Origin: Flectonema sp. DT1601
Lineage: Eukaryota
Length of the DNA: 64,000 nt
Direction: 5' to 3'
Assembly (NCBI GenBank): GCA_964019425.1
Contig: OZ025794.1
Location: 806,001 to 870,000, forward strand
Part shown: piece by piece, positions 21,725 to 34,486 of the stretch
Layout of the letters: each line of letters begins with the position of its first letter
Numbering within the stretch: the first letter of the stretch is position 1
Translations under genes and position numbers: made by a program
The notes under the pieces: generated by a model
Seen by the model: only the letters and a program-made list of their open reading frames with translations
Databases searched by the model: none
What the model was told of the DNA's origin: nothing

Positions 21725-24700
21725 TCATCCAGTGTATGGTTCTAATTTTAGATATCCACTGACAACAGGAGAATGTGTTTGATGAAATATATTAGGGTTG
21801 GGGATGCTTATTGGAGAGGCAACTCCCGGACGATCAAAAAAGTCAAACCAAAGATATCGTTCACGGATACCAATTACAACAGCACTTGAACCACAGTGAG
21901 GACCTTTTTGAAACAGAACGACGTCATCTCCTTTAACATTCCATTGAGACAGAGCAGTATCTGATCGTAAAAACACTCTAATAATATTACACGTACTGAG
22001 ATATTGAATTGTTGGTTTTAGTAGTGGTACTCTAACTGAATGTAGTTCAAGTAAGTTACTCTTAATAATACAAGGGTTCGGGATCGTGAAAGAGGTTTCC
22101 TTATAATCTGTACTTAAACACTCAGGAAACTGTTTTCCTTTTAAAACCCCATATAAATTTCCTCTCCATATTCCCAAAGCACATGCTAAATTGTTACCAA
22201 TACCTACCACCATTCCATGAGATATGCCAAAGGGTGATAATGCTGTACAACTTTTATCAAGTGCTATTTTTATGCCATCACTGTTAGAAGTGATGACGAT
22301 AGTGTTTGTTTGGTGTTCTTTTATGTTGTCGTTGTAGCTTTTTACTGCAGTCGTGAATAGTAAATGTTTTTGACAGCCTTCAATACAATTTACTAAAGGA
22401 TAGGCTCCAGACCAGTCTCTACTCCAAAACACAACTGAGTTATATTCCCCTATTACACATGCTGTGAAGGTTTTGTGTTTTTTATCGTTTGGAGTGAATG
22501 AATATCGTTGACCATGATGAAGGCCATTCACTTCCATCTGGTCGGTGGCGATATTAAATGAAATTACCGAACCGTCGTCCTTCATAAATAAAAAAGGATC
22601 ATGTTTCGGAAGAGCAACACCCGTCTGCACTACAATCGGTTTTAGTGATTTCCGAATCCCCTCTTCGTCAGTTGCAAGAAATGGATGGGCAGAATCTGTT
22701 TTTTTTTTTTTTTTTTTTTAAGTGATTAAGAAAAAAACAGTGTAGTAAAATTAAACACATACTCGATTCCTTATTATATCTCCACAGCTTTCCTTCATAG
22801 CATCCTAAAATGATTGATTCTTGATCAGAGATGTCGCCAGTTTGACATTTGATTAACTCTCCACTGTGATATCCAAATGGAGTAGAAGTTGATTTCGAAA
22901 TATCAAAATGGACGGTTCGACTTCCTGTTAATAAATATTCATGAAATTCAGTGGACTCTTTCTTAACAACAGGATAATTCTCAACTAAACTCTGAGATTC
23001 TTCTGACAAAGACAAGCCGCATGTCTCAGGGATCGCCTCCAACAGTGAAAATTCATTAGTTGGAATATTATTACACTGTGCATTCTCCAGTTCAATTCTC
23101 CCTATTCGCTCATCTTCAATCAATAATACTCGCATTGCATGGATCAGTTCAATGAAGTTATCAACGTAAGGGACTTCAACAACAGAGCCTAACCAGTTTT
23201 CGTATGCAAGCCAACTTGACTTTAACTGATTCAGTGGAGAATGTGGTGAAAGTGATATGCCGATATTTTGTAGCATCCAAGACAGTATCCAAGGATGACA
23301 GCAATCAGGATATGAGGCCAGTCGATGATTAATTTCTGATGAGAGGTGTTGTCGTGTTATTACTGACCGAAAGGCTTCTACGACATTTCCGACTACGACA
23401 GGAGCTAATTCGAATAACTCAGATTTCAGTAATACATACTCAACGTAACCAGTCACTGGATCAATAGACTTTCTTACTTCTTCAGAGAATAGTATTTCGA
23501 AGGCTTCTTTAGTTTTACTACAGAGCAGTTCTCTCCATTGAACACTCTTCTTCCAAGCGATAAATCCAACTTTTTCAGCAAATTCCAAAATGCTGTACAC
23601 ATTCCGTTTTCGAATCTTTCGCTTTCCCTTAACATAAGTATCAATGTACAACTCGTGTATCAACGGGAATACCGTAATAGAGCGATACTTTGAGTCGTAT
23701 GTGTTAATCTTCTCAGAAGTAGCATTCGCATTGATGTATTCCCAACTAGAAAGTAATTTCCAATTCTTTTCAGTTGGGTCGTTTACTTCCCATATCGAGG
23801 AGTGACATTTCGGTAAAAGCAACGCACTGATTCTACCCAAAGAAAGCTTTTCATCGCCATCACTAAAAGAACTTTGTGAAGATGTGTCGCTGTACGAATG
23901 CTTTGCAGGATATAACTTTCTCAAAGCTTCCTTTTCAGCAGCAAGCGCATTACCTTTAAACCTGAACTCACTAGCAGACTCATATATTGCAGAGATGCTA
24001 CAGTTATCACTTCGTGAGAATAGACTGTTGGCAAAGGATTGGGAACCACCGATGGTTCTTTTTGTATTTTCTGATAAGATACCCAACTTTCTGGACCTGT
24101 TTCCCTTAAAAGAGCCATCAGGTGAATTCTGAACACTTTGAGATGCGAACTCCAGAATATCAGTTCGCGTGCTACAACCGAAATCAGTCACCGCTTGTGA
24201 CCTTCCCAATCTCGATTTGTTTTCATTAAGTCCAATAAATGCGACTTCTTTGATTATCGTATCAGTTGTGAATATTGTATGATTACGTGATTTCTCAAAC
24301 AGTGAGCTTCTTGGACTTCCCGAAGGAGACCATTCATCTACTTCAGAGGGTCTCAATGAACCCTCAAGACTCAATCCTTTAAAGATCGTCCTCGGAGATT
24401 TTTGTAATGAAAACTTTGACCCACCAGCTGACAGTTTTCGTTCTAATAATATTTGTTGCTTTTCAGCGTTTTTTTGAGCCCTCGCAGTGGGAGACTGTTT
24501 CTTGTCTACTGATTTTTTTCGTTGTGAAATAAAGTTAGTCAGCTGTTCATCCTCATGTGGATCTGACTTTGTCGCAGTAGCTGCACGAAAAGCAGGTGAG
24601 TTCGATCCGCGAGATGAGACGTCGTCAGCAACCTTGACTAACAAGGCTTTCTTTGATTCACTCCAATTGCGATACGAAGTAGAGTTTCTAAGTGTGTCTT

Positions 24701-27700
24701 CGTATTTTATCTCTTGAAGCTTTGCTATAGCTTCAGTTTTATTTTTTAAAGAGGCGGTAGATCGTACAGCAACTAGTCTCTCTGAGTATACAACGCCATT
24801 GAAATCCCACGGAAGTAACTGCGGTGACCTAAGTAATAGAGCTGCTGATAATAAAATTGAATCGCAGAACGTCTCATCTGATTCGGGTGCTGTTCTGGCT
24901 GCTTCTTTTAAAATGCTTTGATTGGATGTGACTGACCACAAGTGCAACTCATTTGGGGGTACGGTTGTTATTCTTGTGGTTCCAACTCTTCTCAACCATA
25001 ACTTTCCCATACATGTTCCCACTACTGTTCCTATTGGACCACTTGATTCGTGATTGTGTTGTCTGTATAACTCTTTTGGTATGATTCTTTTTGTACTGAA
25101 TTTGGTTTTTACTTCATCTGTTTTTTGAATAACATCACCTTCAGAAACTCCGAACATTTTTAATTCTTCTTGAGAAGTATCAACTCCTATACTAAGTCCA
25201 GTAATGTCATCGATATGGTTCTTTATGTTTGACGGGATTGATGACTTACGTACACTACTTCTTCTAACGTCATTGGTGTCGAATGATAGAAAGTCTGAAA
25301 ACTGTTTGAAATCTTTATCGTCACATAATCCAACTACAGTAATGTATCCATACAGCTCATGCATTCGAATAGGAAAGCAAACATCACAGTGAAGAGGACG
25401 ATACCAGAGTTCTAGTAGAGCGAATCCAACAACAACACACTTGTCGTTGTTTATTATTATTAGTTGACCTGGAAATAAGTTGTATCGACGACAACAATCA
25501 AAACTATTATTAAACTGTAGGACTTCTCCAGTTATTGCCAAACAGTTAATTGATTCTCGTAGTGGAACAGGTGTTGAAATTGATATGTTTCCTCCACTTA
25601 TTAAGTTTGAATTATTTTCAATAAACTCAAATCCATCCGACTGCTTACAACGCAACAACTTTACATTTGATGGCTGCAACTGAACAGCTGCAACTAATTC
25701 TGATAAATGAACCCAAAGACCATCCTCATAAAGCCCAACAACCACACCTTGTGATTGAGCATAGTATCCCTTTACAACTATAATTCTCTGTCCGCAGTAT
25801 AGGTTAAAAGCCATACATGCGCTAGTGGTAATATCGATCAACACTATTTCGATGTCTTTTATGAAAGACTTTCTTATTTTATAAAGTATCCTACTACATG
25901 GATGAGGTAATAATCGTTTTGATGAAAACGGTGAGATCGATCCCAATATCTTGTAGTTGGTTTCCACAAAAGTTTTAATTGGTATTTTCCGAATCTCACT
26001 GACTATCAATTCCTGTGGAGGAGCTTTTGACAAGTCGGCTATCACTTCGCACCAGACAGAAGTGCTGTCATGTTCGATTCCGAGAACGAGATATTTTTCA
26101 TTATCACCATCGGTATTAGACTCCGATATCTGTGTTATAATTTGACCATGATGAATTAATATCTCGTGTAAATCTCCGTACGTAGTGGACAGTACTGACG
26201 TTGAGATGCTACTGACGTCTCTGATTGCTAGAGGACAGTCACTATAAGAGTCTAAGTTATTTATTGACACCAAACAATCGAAGTTGTTGTCTCCTCGAAT
26301 TGCGAGTACACCACTGGAATCGTGATCAGATAAAGAAGTCTTTGCAAGTATTCTTAATTTATATGTTTCTTGAATGCCATCATAGCAGTCTCCCTTTAAA
26401 ACGTAAGGATGGGTTCCGTCATCATCATGAATCCATATCCCACTTGAGAAGAATCCTAAAATAATTCCTGTGATGCCACGCTTTGTGTTGTTTAAGTGCA
26501 TTATCTTATCTCCAGTTTTAAAACCGTATTTTAAATATAACGAGTCGTTACTTATAAATCTTTGAAGAATTGATGTTGGACCTATTCGAGTAACTTCAAC
26601 ATGACCTGAAGCATTAGGAGACAAGAACTGATGAAGCGGTAAGTACTTTCGATTCCCAAGTGATATTGGCACTGTCGTAGCAATCCATGTAAAGGCGTAT
26701 CTCGACATTAATGTCTTGAAGGACGATCCTGAAAAAGGTCTTGCGCCTTCATAGTTTGCATCGTGTCTCCAGACTTGTCCTGCTGACGTTCCCAATATCA
26801 ATCCGTAAGACACTCCATCTTCTATAATAGAATCTTCACAGTGATATTGAATTATCATTCCGTGAGCTAAATTATATTCATTCATCGTCTTGTTTCCGAT
26901 GTCCAGTAGCAATTCCGATCCCAAAGTTGTAACATAACGAAATGCATGTCTTTTAGATAATTTTACTCTGCGATCAGCAGCAGGTAATTCTAATGAAGAA
27001 GGTGGGGGGAAATCATCAAAATCCGCGTCTTCACCAACAGAGACCAGATATTGTGATGCCATCTGTAGTTGTGTTCGGGAGACTGCACCTGATGCAATTA
27101 TTCGTTTTGCTGCTTTAGAAAATATTTCTCTTTCTAAATCATCAGTCAGCAGTAAATCAGGACACCGGATAGATCTCAATCGAACACTACATTTAGCATA
27201 AAGTTGTTTTAAAGATAGTTTTGCACCTGGTGCAACTTGCGTAATTCTGTAAAGGTGACACACTCGACACACTGCTGCTGATAGGATCTTGTTGTCTATT
27301 TCAGTAACATCAAATATTGGTGTGCCTCGATATTTATTCATTATAATCTTTTGTACATAATCACCTTCTGAAATAGAAACAACAAAACCCGAAGCTACTT
27401 TATCAAAACCAACAGCCTTCAGTTCAATTCCCTGTAAAATACAATCCTCTGTTTGGACAGCCCCAGAAATAGCGGATTTTATAGCTCTCGCAGTCATTTC
27501 TATTTGAAGTGCTTGTACAGCTTTTACATCTGTCAAATGTTGTAAGACGAGACCCATGTGATGAAGATTACAACCATGTCTGTGTATTATCGTTGGAATA
27601 CCACCCACGAGTAATATGATCTGTCTGAGTACTATTGATTGAGCCTCAGATGTGATTGAAGTAGCAGCAGCTTTGATAAATGACGTTTCAATTAGAGACG

Positions 27701-29888
27701 TCACTGCATTGCAATTATGATTGTGATGTGTTCTTCGATTGTATCCAAAAGGAGAATAAGAATCTGAAGAGACTGGAGATGGTATGTTTTGACAAGCATT
27801 TATAAAATCAAAGTCATTCGCACCATCAGAAGCTGCAGAACACGACATGTTCAAATCAACTTCCCGACCGTCTTTAATTGAAGTGGTGGATTTCTTTCTC
27901 AATGATCTCCTACGACTTCCAACAATTGTAATGTGACGAAGAATATTAGATCCCGTCCTAGCGCCTCTTCTTATAACATGTTCTTTAGAAGCCAATCCCG
28001 TTGAGTTTTTAGGTTTTTCTCCGTTTCGATGACGTTTCCAAGTTACGCTACTCCGTTTTGACTTTACTACCGCTGATGATTTCCTTCCACTAAAACTACT
28101 GTTCTTGTCTCTAGGATTCGATGTTGCGAATAAATCTGTTGTCTTGTTTTGGGTTGTCTGATCAGGTTGTACATCATTATTATCAGTGAGATCAAAGGGT
28201 GATAAAATAGTTACTAATGAACCACATGAATCGTCATCAATAAAAGTACTCTGAGATGATTCCTTTAAAACATCAGTCTTTGGTTCTGGTGATCGCTTCT
28301 TACGAGGGGTTGTTGTCGACTTAGTCAGTTTTTTCTTTGAAAGCTGCTGCCTTCTTGGGGAAGTTGGTGATCGTCTTGTTGACTTCATGTTATTTGAACT
28401 GCTAAAAGCAGATTCTTGAACTTTAATTTCAGGTGGTTCATCGTTACCAGATAGTGAAGCTATACTCTGACTGGCTGACAAACGACCATCCACATTCAAC
28501 TGTGGAACTAAAACTCTTTGAACAGCAGCGAATGTTGACGTCAAGAAGTTACTAATATTAAAGTTTTCACTTGATAATGCAAATTCCTGAAAACAAGACG
28601 TATCTAAACTAATTCTATCTCCATGAACACCACCACCAGCATCAGCATCAGCATCAGCATCAACACCAGTCGCTACTGGTTTATTACAAATAAAGGCATA
28701 TGCCATTTTCTGAAACCCTTGGTCAGTATCATTATAAAGCTGTCCGTACCGAGATTGAGCCAGCTGCGTACAGAAAGGCAACGCTTCAGTTTCTTTCCTT
28801 GTATTATGAAGCCACCTAGTGTGAAATTTTAGTATCAAAAGAGCCTCATGACGAAGTCTTCTTTCCAAATACTCATGAGGATTAGTAGTCAATGGTTTTA
28901 AAGGCGGTAGCAACCTGTTAATCCCCAACAGGTAATATCGATTGTCAGCACCCAATACAACGTAGCTGTCTGTATTTGTGTAAATAAAAACACGTCTGCT
29001 GAGACTACCTACCCAGTGCCCAGAGAGGTTTAATTCGGAAGCAATTTTTTTAAGTTCGTATTCTGCAATTTTATTACGAACTGGTCTTTGAGTGTGTGAC
29101 AGCTCCTCATCACAAGGTCGTCTTCCGAATATGGGAAGTGATGCTCTTTGTACTGCAGATCTCACTAATATTTTCATATCTAAACAGCTTACAGTGTAAG
29201 CTAGTGGTACGTTGAGTAGGGTTTTTTGTTTGCAGTTTTCAATAGCACTTCCGGCCTCTAATTCTTGTTTGTAGAGCTGTTTATCTGTTCTTGTTGAGGA
29301 TCCTTGAAATTCACACTTATCTTTTGTTACTGTGGTTTTGTCTGAAAAATCTTTCAACTTACTTGAAAACATCTCAACACAAGTAGGTAACGTTGCGATA
29401 ATCATTTCTGACAGTGATTGCTTCATACCTTCTTCATTGTTATTCCAATAGGCATTAGTGTAACGAAGATCCCAAGAGTGTGATTGCGGAGATTGTGGTT
29501 CGCAAGGAAATTTTAAATTTTCCAAAGCAGCAGAAACATTTATCGCGAAATTCGGTTCATCATCACACCTCGCAATTTTCAAAGCTGATGTATCTCTGTT
29601 TAAATATTCTGAATAATGAGGAAGAATATGTTGTCTTGATTCCCTACATCCGACAATGTCATTTACTTTCAAGTATTCCTTCGATGAGAGTGACGCCGGT
29701 GTTCCAAAAGTCGATTCTCCCGTTTCAATCAACTCCATCATAGTCAATACGTGTTTTGATAAAGTCTGAATTCTTCTTATTACTCCATTCCTATTGTCGT
29801 ATTCTAGATCCTCATTAGCTGGTATTGACATACACCCTTCAGATCGCAGTAGCAGCATAGCTTCAATGGTTTCATCCTCAGCGTTCAT
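21725..29888 (-). CDS. Giant CLU (clustered-mitochondria)-domain protein with about 10 copies of a G-rich beta repeat; exons 22763-29888 and 21725-22695; 2698 aa
   Basis: CLU-like motifs NVPLAYTV, ELNLSGHWVG, GADNRYYLLGINRLLPP, LRHEAL, IHRHGCNLHHMG, EMTARAIK. Intron 22696-22762 joins the 2406-aa and 301-aa ORFs in frame (KESN..SAHPF). Confidence 0.75.
22696..22762 (-). other. Spliceosomal intron, 67 nt, poly(A) run directly before the 3' CAG
   Basis: GTATGT...CTT, then about 23 A, then CAG; restores frame. Confidence 0.85.
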
Positions 29889-30733
29889 TACTTAAATGTA
29901 ATCATGTGTTATTTGTTATTTCTGTTATTGAAGTTGGTGACAAATTAAACATTTCTTCTAGCAACAAAACTTATTGTTCGGTAGAAAGAGACTTGTGGCA
30001 GTGTAACTAACCGATGCCGCACAAACAAAAACACAAGTGTTGAGTAAAAAAGTAAAGTTGGCCGATTCTTTTTTTCAGACTAAATCATCTCTCATATTCC
30101 ATGATGTGTGTTGTGCAAGCTGAAGGAGAAATTACACTAAATTAGTATTAACACAAACTGAACGGATGACGTCCCTGCAGCACAAGGGTATTCAAATATC
30201 TCAACTGTCGGGGAATGTGGGGACAAGGGGAGAAAAAAAAAGAAAAAGAAACATCAATCGAATATTTTCACGCGACGCGAGTTGGTAACGAGGGAAGCAC
30301 TAAGACAGAACACACGAACGCAAAGAACGTTTTTTAAGGAGAAAAAAAAATCAAGAAAAAAAAAAAAAAAAAAAAAAGAAATGTCAAGTGATTAGCTTCA
30401 CAAAAAAAAGATCACCACTTTATTGCATTGATGTTAGCAAAAACTAAACAACACGACATTCTTGCAAAGGTTTTTTTTTTTTTTTTTTTTTTTTTCCCTT
30501 ACCTTCAAATTCAACAGGCGACAAAGAAAAAAACGCCAGAAATAACATGCCACAGGGGGGAGTGAACAACAACAGAAAAAGTCGAAAATAAAATTTTTAA
30601 AACACTAAAAAAAGAGAACTAAAAAAAGGTAACACTAACATTTGGTACAGTCATCAAGGGCAGTAAAACGTACTATCAACATCATGAGCGAAGCATAGCA
30701 ATGGGACAGATTCTACAACGGTCTCTCCGTAGA

Positions 30734-33700
30734 TCATCTCTGTCTGAATTCTCTGTGTTTCGCTATCAAGTATGGAGGCAATAAGTTTTCCAATTGCTTT
30801 CTATCGACAGATGCGTACTTACAGAAATTTTCAAGCAGCACCAGACAGTTGCAAACTTCAACAGGAATGATTTCCTTTTCCTTTTCTTTACTGTTCTTCG
30901 CTGGTGTAGTATCTTGCTGAATAGCAACTCTACAGTATTGACATAAGAAAGCAACAAACAGATCTTTTTCAGATGAATTAAACTGTTTTAAGACAGTGAC
31001 AAGTCCAACAACGAATGGAGAACCATCAAGAGGATCGTCCTTTTTATTTACGACAAGAGAATCGGTTGTAGGGACGTATGTGAATCTTGGAAGATGAGCA
31101 ATTACAAAGTTTACAAGAATAGGAATGAGTTGCATAACTGGTTCTGTTGTGATGTAAATCTTTGTAATAGGATCAACCATTCCACAGTTCTCTAAGTAAG
31201 CAGATAGTTCTGGTAGAATAGGTTTTCTCCCATTTGGATATCTGTGTGTTTCTGGATCCTTATAATGAGCTCGTACATCATTAACCAAAGCTGTGTTAAG
31301 AGAACTCAATGCTGAATGAAGTGCTTGTGATTCTAACTTACATGCAAAAACCAGTTCCTTTCCAATGTGTCTTCTGAGTAACTGACACCTTCCAACTCTC
31401 ATTATCAATTCTGTAACCACAGGCCAGATCTTCTTTCCCTTTTCTGTAAAGTCAGCGTATAGTTGTTTTGCTTCAGTTGGTAGTGACGATGGAGGATTAA
31501 AGTTTCGATTCATCATTTCAATTAGAGGTACGAGTTCTTTTGGTATAATACGAATCCTCTTTATAAAAGTCTGAATATCCTTTACGATCATAAATGAAAG
31601 TAACTTATCACATCCAGTCATTCCTGGAGTTCCGATACTGTTGTGGATTTTACCAAAAGTTTGTAATGCGACAACAGCTGAACCCTTCTCGTCGTACCAA
31701 GCGGAGAGCTGGTCGACATAAAATGTTTTTCGACTGTCAGTCTGTGCGAGTAGCTCTGCTACTAGTCTACCTGTAAAGTTCGCTTTGTTATCTCCCTCAA
31801 CAGGTGGTGCACGTTTAATAGGAATAGCGTAAGACTGATATCTGCTTTGCCAAGGAAGAACTTTCTTTGTGAGGTAAGCATTACATTCCATTTCTACATT
31901 GAAATTTATCAAACGAGAAAACTCTTCTTGCCAAAGTTGAAGTCCGAAAACGTTCATATAGTCCTGAACGTATTCAAATGATTCTTTCATTCCCTTTAGT
32001 CGAGCAGATAATTTATCAAGTTTGTCTTCGAATGAGAGTTGAGGACTTTTCTTATCACGTTTTTCATTCTTTGGAAATTGTAACTCAAAGTGAAGGATTA
32101 CTTGTAATCTATCAACCAATTCCTTTCTGACTCCTTCTTCCAATAGTTTTTGTGGATCTATTTGAATAACGCCCATCAACGTTCTCTCCATCGCAAGAAT
32201 ACCTTCCGTAAATTTCGAAATTTGATACGTCGTTCTTGCTAGAGCGTATCTCTCTTCAAGCTGAGCGTAACTTTTGATATCAGTTTTTGGAAGCTTTGTA
32301 GGAACGTCTTTTAGATTAGTAGTCAGTAATTTTATTATAGTAATCAACTCTTCAAACATACTGGATGGGATCACCGCTAAAACCCTTCGAACAAACTCAA
32401 CGAGATTAGTACTGAAGTATTCCGAGACAGATTCCAAGTCCGGTGAATCTGCCAAGTGGATTCTCGTAAGTGGTATTTCCATCATTGATGCAAGCTTTAA
32501 GAAGGTTGAGCGAAGTTGCATAACTAATGACGGATTCTTTTTAATCTTCGCTTGGATTAGTCCGATGTAATTAGTGATGGCATGCCATCCGTATGAGAAG
32601 TCACCAACAGTTTGAACTGTTATGTTAACTCTTTCTTCAATGTTGACGTATCTTATCATTGTTCTTAGTTTTTGACGAGTGTCAATAAGGTTTTGCTGAA
32701 CCATTAAATTACTATCAACTTGATGATATTGTTCAACATCTTGAAGTGCTGTTAGTAAGTTTTGAATCTTACGACCTGCATGAGTACTCGATTCGTAATC
32801 TAATTCTTCTATAGTCTCAGCCCTCTCTCTAAACCAAGCTGCTAGATTCTCTTCTACATTATCCGCAGACAGAACTCCTTCTCCTCCAAAATATTGTGCA
32901 AGTTGCTCCATCTTGTTGACGCCTTGTTCTTTGCATAGGTCCCACTTTTCAGCCTTTGTTTTTATTAAAGATGCAAACATTTCCTGTAATAAATATTCCA
33001 ATTGAGAAGTATTCAAAAGAAGCATTAAGATTTCTTCTTTTGTTACGTTTCCAGTTACTGCTGGTTTAAGTTTCTTGTCAGTTGTAGTTTCGTGAAGCAT
33101 AAACCAACGAAGACAACAGTTACAGTCACGTACACAGGGTAATAGTGAGCTGTGGATTTCGTCAAGAACAAATCCTTCGTTTAAAACACCTTCTCTGAGG
33201 TATTCGCTTAACTGTTTCATTAACTTTCTAAGTTTAGTTGAATATAATTTCTGATAATATTGTATATTATCCATTTGAAGGGTATTTGATATTGCTTGAC
33301 TAGCAGCTTTGTACGGCATCCATACTTTAGTTAAATCTACTAACTGTCCCATGTGATAACAGATAATCCAATTATCAGGGAAATGTTTGTCAACAATCTC
33401 ACGCATGACTGGTTTAGATCCATGAAGTAACTGAGGTTGAAAGTACAACAACACATACAACATACCACCCTGAGTTGATAGAGCTGTGCTGCGTTGTTCT
33501 GGAGCAGGGAAGTTGTAAGCCATTTGATAAATATCGTCAGATCTAATTCTGCCTATAATCATATCTACTATGTCTTTAGGAAGTGTGATTCTTGCAAAAT
33601 ATTCTTCAGGGTATCCTGCAGGTCTTACCGTGTCATGAACATATCCTGTTCCACGAAGTAGTCTACAAACCTCATCAAGATTCTGTACGTTACCTGAACC

Positions 33701-34207
33701 TCTGTATCTTAGGTAAGCTATTAACATTCTCTCTCTTAGTTTTCCTTCAATCTTAATATCTAACTGGAGTAGAATTACTCCGTACAGGTAGAGTGCTTCA
33801 GCCATTAACTGTTTACCGTCTTGGTCTACTAGAATAGATTCAAACGTCTGTTGAATATAAAAACCTTCTCTGATGTCTTCTAAGAAACGAAGCAGGTCAG
33901 TTATGTATTTCCAAATACTTTCAAAAAGACCATAGAATCTTTGCAATATATCCATGTGTGTCTCTCTGAACTCTTCATCCTTTTCAAGAAGTGCGCTGCT
34001 ATTTTGAATTTGGTTTTCGAGAGCGTCTTCATTCGACAGGTATGAAAAGTCGAATAGCAGACCGCTGTACTCGCTTCTCTTATCACCAAAGAATGCCTGT
34101 GGGATGTTTTCTGATAATCTGTTCATCTCTGCAAGAATCGAACTTCCTCTCGCTACTAACTTTAGTAGTTGCTGACCACATCTATTATCAAAATGTAGGA
34201 AGTCCAT
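30734..34207 (-). CDS. WASHC5: WASH complex subunit 5 (strumpellin), 1157 aa
   Basis: MDFL..N.CGQ.LL.LV.RG..I.AE..RLS, EALYLYGV.LL, IGRIRSDDIY, MREIVDKHFPDNW, WQEEFSR; family-typical length. Confidence 0.96.
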   Translation of the reverse strand: MDFLHFDNRCGQQLLKLVARGSSILAEMNRLSENIPQAFFGDKRSEYSGLLFDFSYLSNEDALENQIQNSSALLEKDEEFRETHMDILQRFYGLFESIWKYITDLLRFLEDIREGFYIQQTFESILVDQDGKQLMAEALYLYGVILLQLDIKIEGKLRERMLIAYLRYRGSGNVQNLDEVCRLLRGTGYVHDTVRPAGYPEEYFARITLPKDIVDMIIGRIRSDDIYQMAYNFPAPEQRSTALSTQGGMLYVLLYFQPQLLHGSKPVMREIVDKHFPDNWIICYHMGQLVDLTKVWMPYKAASQAISNTLQMDNIQYYQKLYSTKLRKLMKQLSEYLREGVLNEGFVLDEIHSSLLPCVRDCNCCLRWFMLHETTTDKKLKPAVTGNVTKEEILMLLLNTSQLEYLLQEMFASLIKTKAEKWDLCKEQGVNKMEQLAQYFGGEGVLSADNVEENLAAWFRERAETIEELDYESSTHAGRKIQNLLTALQDVEQYHQVDSNLMVQQNLIDTRQKLRTMIRYVNIEERVNITVQTVGDFSYGWHAITNYIGLIQAKIKKNPSLVMQLRSTFLKLASMMEIPLTRIHLADSPDLESVSEYFSTNLVEFVRRVLAVIPSSMFEELITIIKLLTTNLKDVPTKLPKTDIKSYAQLEERYALARTTYQISKFTEGILAMERTLMGVIQIDPQKLLEEGVRKELVDRLQVILHFELQFPKNEKRDKKSPQLSFEDKLDKLSARLKGMKESFEYVQDYMNVFGLQLWQEEFSRLINFNVEMECNAYLTKKVLPWQSRYQSYAIPIKRAPPVEGDNKANFTGRLVAELLAQTDSRKTFYVDQLSAWYDEKGSAVVALQTFGKIHNSIGTPGMTGCDKLLSFMIVKDIQTFIKRIRIIPKELVPLIEMMNRNFNPPSSLPTEAKQLYADFTEKGKKIWPVVTELIMRVGRCQLLRRHIGKELVFACKLESQALHSALSSLNTALVNDVRAHYKDPETHRYPNGRKPILPELSAYLENCGMVDPITKIYITTEPVMQLIPILVNFVIAHLPRFTYVPTTDSLVVNKKDDPLDGSPFVVGLVTVLKQFNSSEKDLFVAFLCQYCRVAIQQDTTPAKNSKEKEKEIIPVEVCNCLVLLENFCKYASVDRKQLENLLPPYLIAKHREFRQR

Positions 34208-34486
34208 TTTATATCAGTTCTTCTGCTGGGATAAAATAATAAATTAAAAATAAAGTCATCACTACTGTGAAAGTCAACCAACTCATCGTAACAGTTCCTA
34301 CTGTGAGAACATTAAGAGTACAATATGATTACTGTAACTATAAATAACATGGTGTATAAAAAGTCTCCAAATCTCCAAAAAAAATGACCAAATCCACCAT
34401 TTTTATTATATCCAAGGTTGTTATACTCCAAATCTTTTATACACCAATAATTAATGTCCATCTCCATAACATGCTCCCCAGTAGAT

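Noticed and set aside
28639..28662. (GCATCA)n encoding DADADADA in the CLU protein
   Set aside because: Ordinary short in-frame slippage repeat in a linker.
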